DNA of 28,595 nt from a virus. The translations under genes and the position numbers were made by a program. Position 1 is the first letter of the stretch. Each line of letters begins with the position of its first letter. The notes beneath the pieces were generated by a model, which was given only the letters and a program-made list of their open reading frames with translations, was not told where the DNA came from and made no database searches. Shown piece by piece: positions 25,682 to 28,595 of this stretch. The stretch is from positions 1 to 28,595 of the IMG/VR virus record IMGVR_UViG_3300035210_000132; one strand, given 5' to 3'.

Positions 25682-26292
25682 GCGGTTTCACGATCAACCC
25701 AGAGATGAGCCTAGAAGAGGGGCAAGCCCTCTATCAATCGGCCTATCAACAGGCCCACGCAGTTCTCCTGACCAAGGGTGTGCAGTGTCCCCAGCCACCC
25801 ATCACCAGTGGTCCGGGAGGGGCTCAAGTACCGTACCGGGGAGAGCTCCCGAGAGACCTCACAGCCCTAACGGATCAGCAGCTCGGTATGTACATGGGGC
25901 TCTTGACCGAGTGGGGCAACTACATCATGTTCCAGTTTGCTGAGTCCGAGTGTGAGCTCCTGTTGGCCAAAGAAGAGCTCAGCTTGGTCAACTGCAAGCT
26001 TCGTCTGCTGTACCTGAAAGACCCAGACGACAAGAAGCGATCGAATCCAGAGAGGGATGACTATGTCGGCGGGGACCGGCGGTACCTTGAGGTCAATTCC
26101 CGCTACATCTACTGCCAGGCCAAGCACAACTACCTGAAGGTGATGGTCAAGGCTGCTGAAGCGTCTTATGCAGCAGTCTCCAGAAGAGTTACACAACGCG
26201 GCCAGGAGATCGAAAAGCAAGGTCGGAATGGCAACGTGGGCGCAGGAGGCAACCTGCCTGCTGGCTCCTTCTTTGGAGGGCCTAGGAGATAA
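25678..26292 (+). CDS. Hypothetical protein (204 aa)
   Basis: ATGA overlap. GGAAGGAG SD 7 nt upstream of ATG 25678. The ORF track's longer 25624 start lies inside the upstream gene. No motif recognised. Confidence 0.45.
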   Translation: MSGFTINPEMSLEEGQALYQSAYQQAHAVLLTKGVQCPQPPITSGPGGAQVPYRGELPRDLTALTDQQLGMYMGLLTEWGNYIMFQFAESECELLLAKEELSLVNCKLRLLYLKDPDDKKRSNPERDDYVGGDRRYLEVNSRYIYCQAKHNYLKVMVKAAEASYAAVSRRVTQRGQEIEKQGRNGNVGAGGNLPAGSFFGGPRR

Positions 26293-26293
26293 C

Positions 26294-27079
26294 ATGTACC
26301 AGAAGCCTGTGATCGGCATCTTCGGCGCCTCGGGTAGCGGCAAGGATCTCGTAGCCGATTGGTTGGTGGAAAAGCACGACTTCGTAAAGATCGCCTACGC
26401 CGATCCTATGAAGCGGATGGTGGCCCGCCTCTTTCGAGTAAGCCCCGACCTACTCTGGGGGCCCTCGGAGAAGCGCAACGAGCTCTTCAAGCTGAGCAGT
26501 ACAGCTTGGTTCGAGATCTTTGCTAGCTTCGAGGAGGCTACTCAGGAGATCTACGACGTGCTTGGTCATCATGAGAAGATCTCGGGTATCTTGGCGCTAC
26601 GAGACTGGCTACAAGGTCTCTACACCCACTATCGCGAGGAGATCTCGACTCGCATCATTCTCCAGACCCTGGGCACAGAATGGGGAAGAGCGGTGAGCGA
26701 GTCCCTGTGGTCCGACTACGCTACCAAGGTGATACGCCAGGTGCTGGCGGGTCAGTACTACATCCAGGGCAATGGGCACTTCTCCAAGGTCATAGACAGC
26801 ACGTATGCCGGGGTGGTTATCCCCGATCACCGATTCTCCAACGAGATCGAGAACCTGCAGAAGCACGGTGGACACGTACTTCGTATTCGGCGCCTGGGCC
26901 TGGAGAGCAAGACTGAAGAAGTAGGCATCCCTGGGCATGCCAGCGAGGTCGAGCACAAGATCCTCCCTGACAGTTTCTTTGACAGTGTACTCGAATTCGA
27001 AGAGGGGATCGATAAAGTCTATACAGCCCTCGAGTCCTGGTACGAGAAAAAGCCATGGATGGCTCGGACTACTTCGTAA
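26294..27079 (+). CDS. Deoxynucleoside monophosphate (dNMP) kinase, phage type
   Basis: TAGGAG SD. N-terminal P-loop VIGIFGASGSGKDLVADWL...IAYADPMK, as in T4 gp1 / T5 Dnk-type kinases. The ORF track's 26168 start lies inside the previous gene. Confidence 0.6.
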   Translation: MYQKPVIGIFGASGSGKDLVADWLVEKHDFVKIAYADPMKRMVARLFRVSPDLLWGPSEKRNELFKLSSTAWFEIFASFEEATQEIYDVLGHHEKISGILALRDWLQGLYTHYREEISTRIILQTLGTEWGRAVSESLWSDYATKVIRQVLAGQYYIQGNGHFSKVIDSTYAGVVIPDHRFSNEIENLQKHGGHVLRIRRLGLESKTEEVGIPGHASEVEHKILPDSFFDSVLEFEEGIDKVYTALESWYEKKPWMARTTS

Positions 27080-27519
27080 CCCTGCCCTTTCTGCCTCCGA
27101 CTTCAAATCACATCTACTCTAGTCGAAGGGGAAGTAGCAAACGGTTCAAGACAGATCAAGCCGAGGCTTTCTTGTTGAAAACTGTAGCCCTGATCGTATC
27201 AGAGTGTCAGCCCAAGATTGCCCGGCTCAACCCCAAAGGACTCTACCGAACCTATTACCGCTTTTTCTTCCTGGATGATGAGATCCTGAACACGAGTTTC
27301 GGCAAAGACACGAAAAAGGCAGCGGCAACTCGGTATAAGCGGATGGACGTGGAGAACCGGCTTAAGTTGGTATCTGATGCGCTTTCCAAGGCCATAGATA
27401 TCGATGACTGTCACTTCTTCGAAGCAGGGCACTCGAAGAACTCTGCCACCTTGGTTGGCGGGATTCCACAGGTCCACATCTACTTGTCCGAGGTCGAACC
27501 CTGGAGGTTCGGTCTCTAG
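27055..27519 (+). CDS. rusA: RusA-family Holliday junction resolvase
   Basis: VTLPFLPPTSNHIY matches the RusA N-terminal signature (LPxPPS.N). Acidic catalytic cluster MDVENRLKLVSDALSKAIDIDDCHF. Overlaps the kinase 3' end by 25 nt. Confidence 0.7.
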   Translation: MDGSDYFVTLPFLPPTSNHIYSSRRGSSKRFKTDQAEAFLLKTVALIVSECQPKIARLNPKGLYRTYYRFFFLDDEILNTSFGKDTKKAAATRYKRMDVENRLKLVSDALSKAIDIDDCHFFEAGHSKNSATLVGGIPQVHIYLSEVEPWRFGL

Positions 27520-27529
27520 GAGGCCGGAC

Positions 27530-27925
27530 ATGGGAAACCGAAGGTTTGTCCACTGTACCTGTGGGTTGGATGGGGAGAAGGTTGATCAGTATGTTGAGCG
27601 CACTCTATGCATACTAGAGACGCGTCCTGGGTGCTCAAATTGCCCGAACTCGCAACTCGAGGTCTTGTTCCAGATCCGAATCGGAGATCAAGTTGTTGCA
27701 TGTCCTCGGTGGAAGAGCGAGAGTGATCGCAGGGAGCAACTTCCGGCGCTGGGGTACGCCTTTGTACCCAGAGTGCTCTGCCTTACGGAGAAACCTTTTC
27801 CCTTCTGCCCCTCTTGCCCCAACAGCAAACCTAGTGAGCTTCCTAGGGCGGAAGTAGGCTGGAGAGAAGAAGAAGAACACCGGAAGAAGATCGAGCTAGA
27901 GCTCGATGAGGAACTACATGAGTGA
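27530..27925 (+). CDS. Cys-rich hypothetical protein (131 aa)
   Basis: TAGGAGG SD 6 nt upstream of ATG 27530 (the ORF track's longer frame starts at 27404 inside rusA). HCTCG, CSNC, CPSC motifs. Acidic C-terminus. Confidence 0.4.
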   Translation: MGNRRFVHCTCGLDGEKVDQYVERTLCILETRPGCSNCPNSQLEVLFQIRIGDQVVACPRWKSESDRREQLPALGYAFVPRVLCLTEKPFPFCPSCPNSKPSELPRAEVGWREEEEHRKKIELELDEELHE

Positions 27926-28247
27926 CGAACTGCCAAACCTGGGGGACCTCAATCGAACAGAGCTACTGAGTATCATCAGAAGACATACAGGACTGGTCGT
28001 CAAGAGGCAGGTACCTCTAGAGCGCCTGGTGGAGTTGGTTGAGACAGGGGCGACCCCGAAGGATGAGGAGTTGGCTGGGACCAACAGAACCCGAAGGTCA
28101 CTGCAAGACCTCATCCTAAAGAACTGGGACTGGGTCAACTCGCAGCTACCTTGTACTGGACCACATCGCGGCCAGTGCACGATCTACCCGTGCCCGGAAG
28201 GCCGGCACCTAGATTGTTACGTCTCAAACATCAAGCAGAAGATCTAA
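27918..28247 (+). CDS. Hypothetical protein (about 109 aa)
   Basis: ATGAGTGA overlap with the previous stop. Alternative in-frame ATG at 27906. No motif recognised. Confidence 0.4.
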   Translation: MSDELPNLGDLNRTELLSIIRRHTGLVVKRQVPLERLVELVETGATPKDEELAGTNRTRRSLQDLILKNWDWVNSQLPCTGPHRGQCTIYPCPEGRHLDCYVSNIKQKI

Positions 28248-28249
28248 CC

Positions 28250-28465
28250 ATGACCATGGCTCCAGAGTGCGTGGCGTGCGAAAAACTAGGTAGATGCGAG
28301 TTCACCGATGCGACAAAAATCCTTTCGCATTTTGTCTGTGCAGACTATAAGGAGGTGTCTTCCAGGGCCATCCTTGATGCTCGTTGCGAGGTCATCAACA
28401 ACTTTGGAGATGCGGGGCTGAAAGCAATCGTGTCTCCTAATGCTTACTTAAGAAAGGAGGCTTGA
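28250..28465 (+). CDS. Small Cys-containing hypothetical protein (71 aa)
   Basis: ATG 28250 sits 2 nt after the previous TAA. CVACEKLGRC motif. The ORF track's 28151 start overlaps the upstream gene. Confidence 0.4.
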   Translation: MTMAPECVACEKLGRCEFTDATKILSHFVCADYKEVSSRAILDARCEVINNFGDAGLKAIVSPNAYLRKEA

Positions 28466-28468
28466 GGG

Positions 28469-28595
28469 ATGGCTGCACCCACAGAAACCATCCCCGATCT
28501 CAGCTATCAAAAGCCTGACGGGTCTCTTTTTTTCCGTCGCGAGATGGAAGAACAGACTCGACAGGTCTGGCCCAAGGTTCACTGGCTGCGCATCA
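28469..28595 (+). CDS. Partial CDS (5' end only) running off the window
   Basis: AAAGGAGG SD 8 nt upstream of ATG 28469. Reads MAAPTETIPDLSYQKPDGSLFFRREMEEQTRQVWPKVHWLRI with no stop before the window end. Confidence 0.35.
   Translation, partial: MAAPTETIPDLSYQKPDGSLFFRREMEEQTRQVWPKVHWLRI

Overview
This window reads as a contiguous ~28.6 kb piece of a GC-rich dsDNA tailed-phage genome. Genes are densely packed with strong G/C third-codon bias, and many neighbours are translationally coupled through ATGA or TAATG stop/start overlaps. I found no tRNA, rRNA, CRISPR, integrase or transposase.

The window contains two divergent gene blocks. A minus-strand block (9644 down to 588) starts next to a 133-nt divergent control region (9645..9777). 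It encodes a 453-aa unknown protein, two glycine-zipper small proteins flanking a 304-aa zinc-ribbon protein, a T7 gp8-like portal protein, and a class II-like ribonucleotide reductase. The reductase is interrupted by a 307-aa HNH-containing intein placed exactly inside the catalytic NxCxE motif. This block converges on a small plus-strand zinc-ribbon gene (161..538) at a perfect 10-bp hairpin terminator (544..582).

The plus-strand block (9778 to the window end) is a replication/recombination module:
- a proline-rich first gene
- an SF2 DEAH helicase
- a family-4 uracil-DNA glycosylase
- a run of about ten small hypothetical or zinc-ribbon ORFs
- a DnaB/gp4-like helicase
- a DnaG-like primase
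- a 451-aa multi-CxxC protein
- a family A DNA polymerase with a 3'-5' exonuclease domain
- an HU-like protein
- a RecA-family recombinase with a lysine-rich N-terminal tail
- an Hjc-like PD-(D/E)xK resolvase
- a Cas4-like Fe-S nuclease
- a dNMP kinase
- a RusA resolvase
- several more Cys-rich small proteins

Three small zinc-ribbon ORFs under 60 aa, missed by the ORF track, sit in otherwise unexplained gaps and have Shine-Dalgarno (SD) sites. All functional calls rest on motif recognition by eye. No database search was possible.
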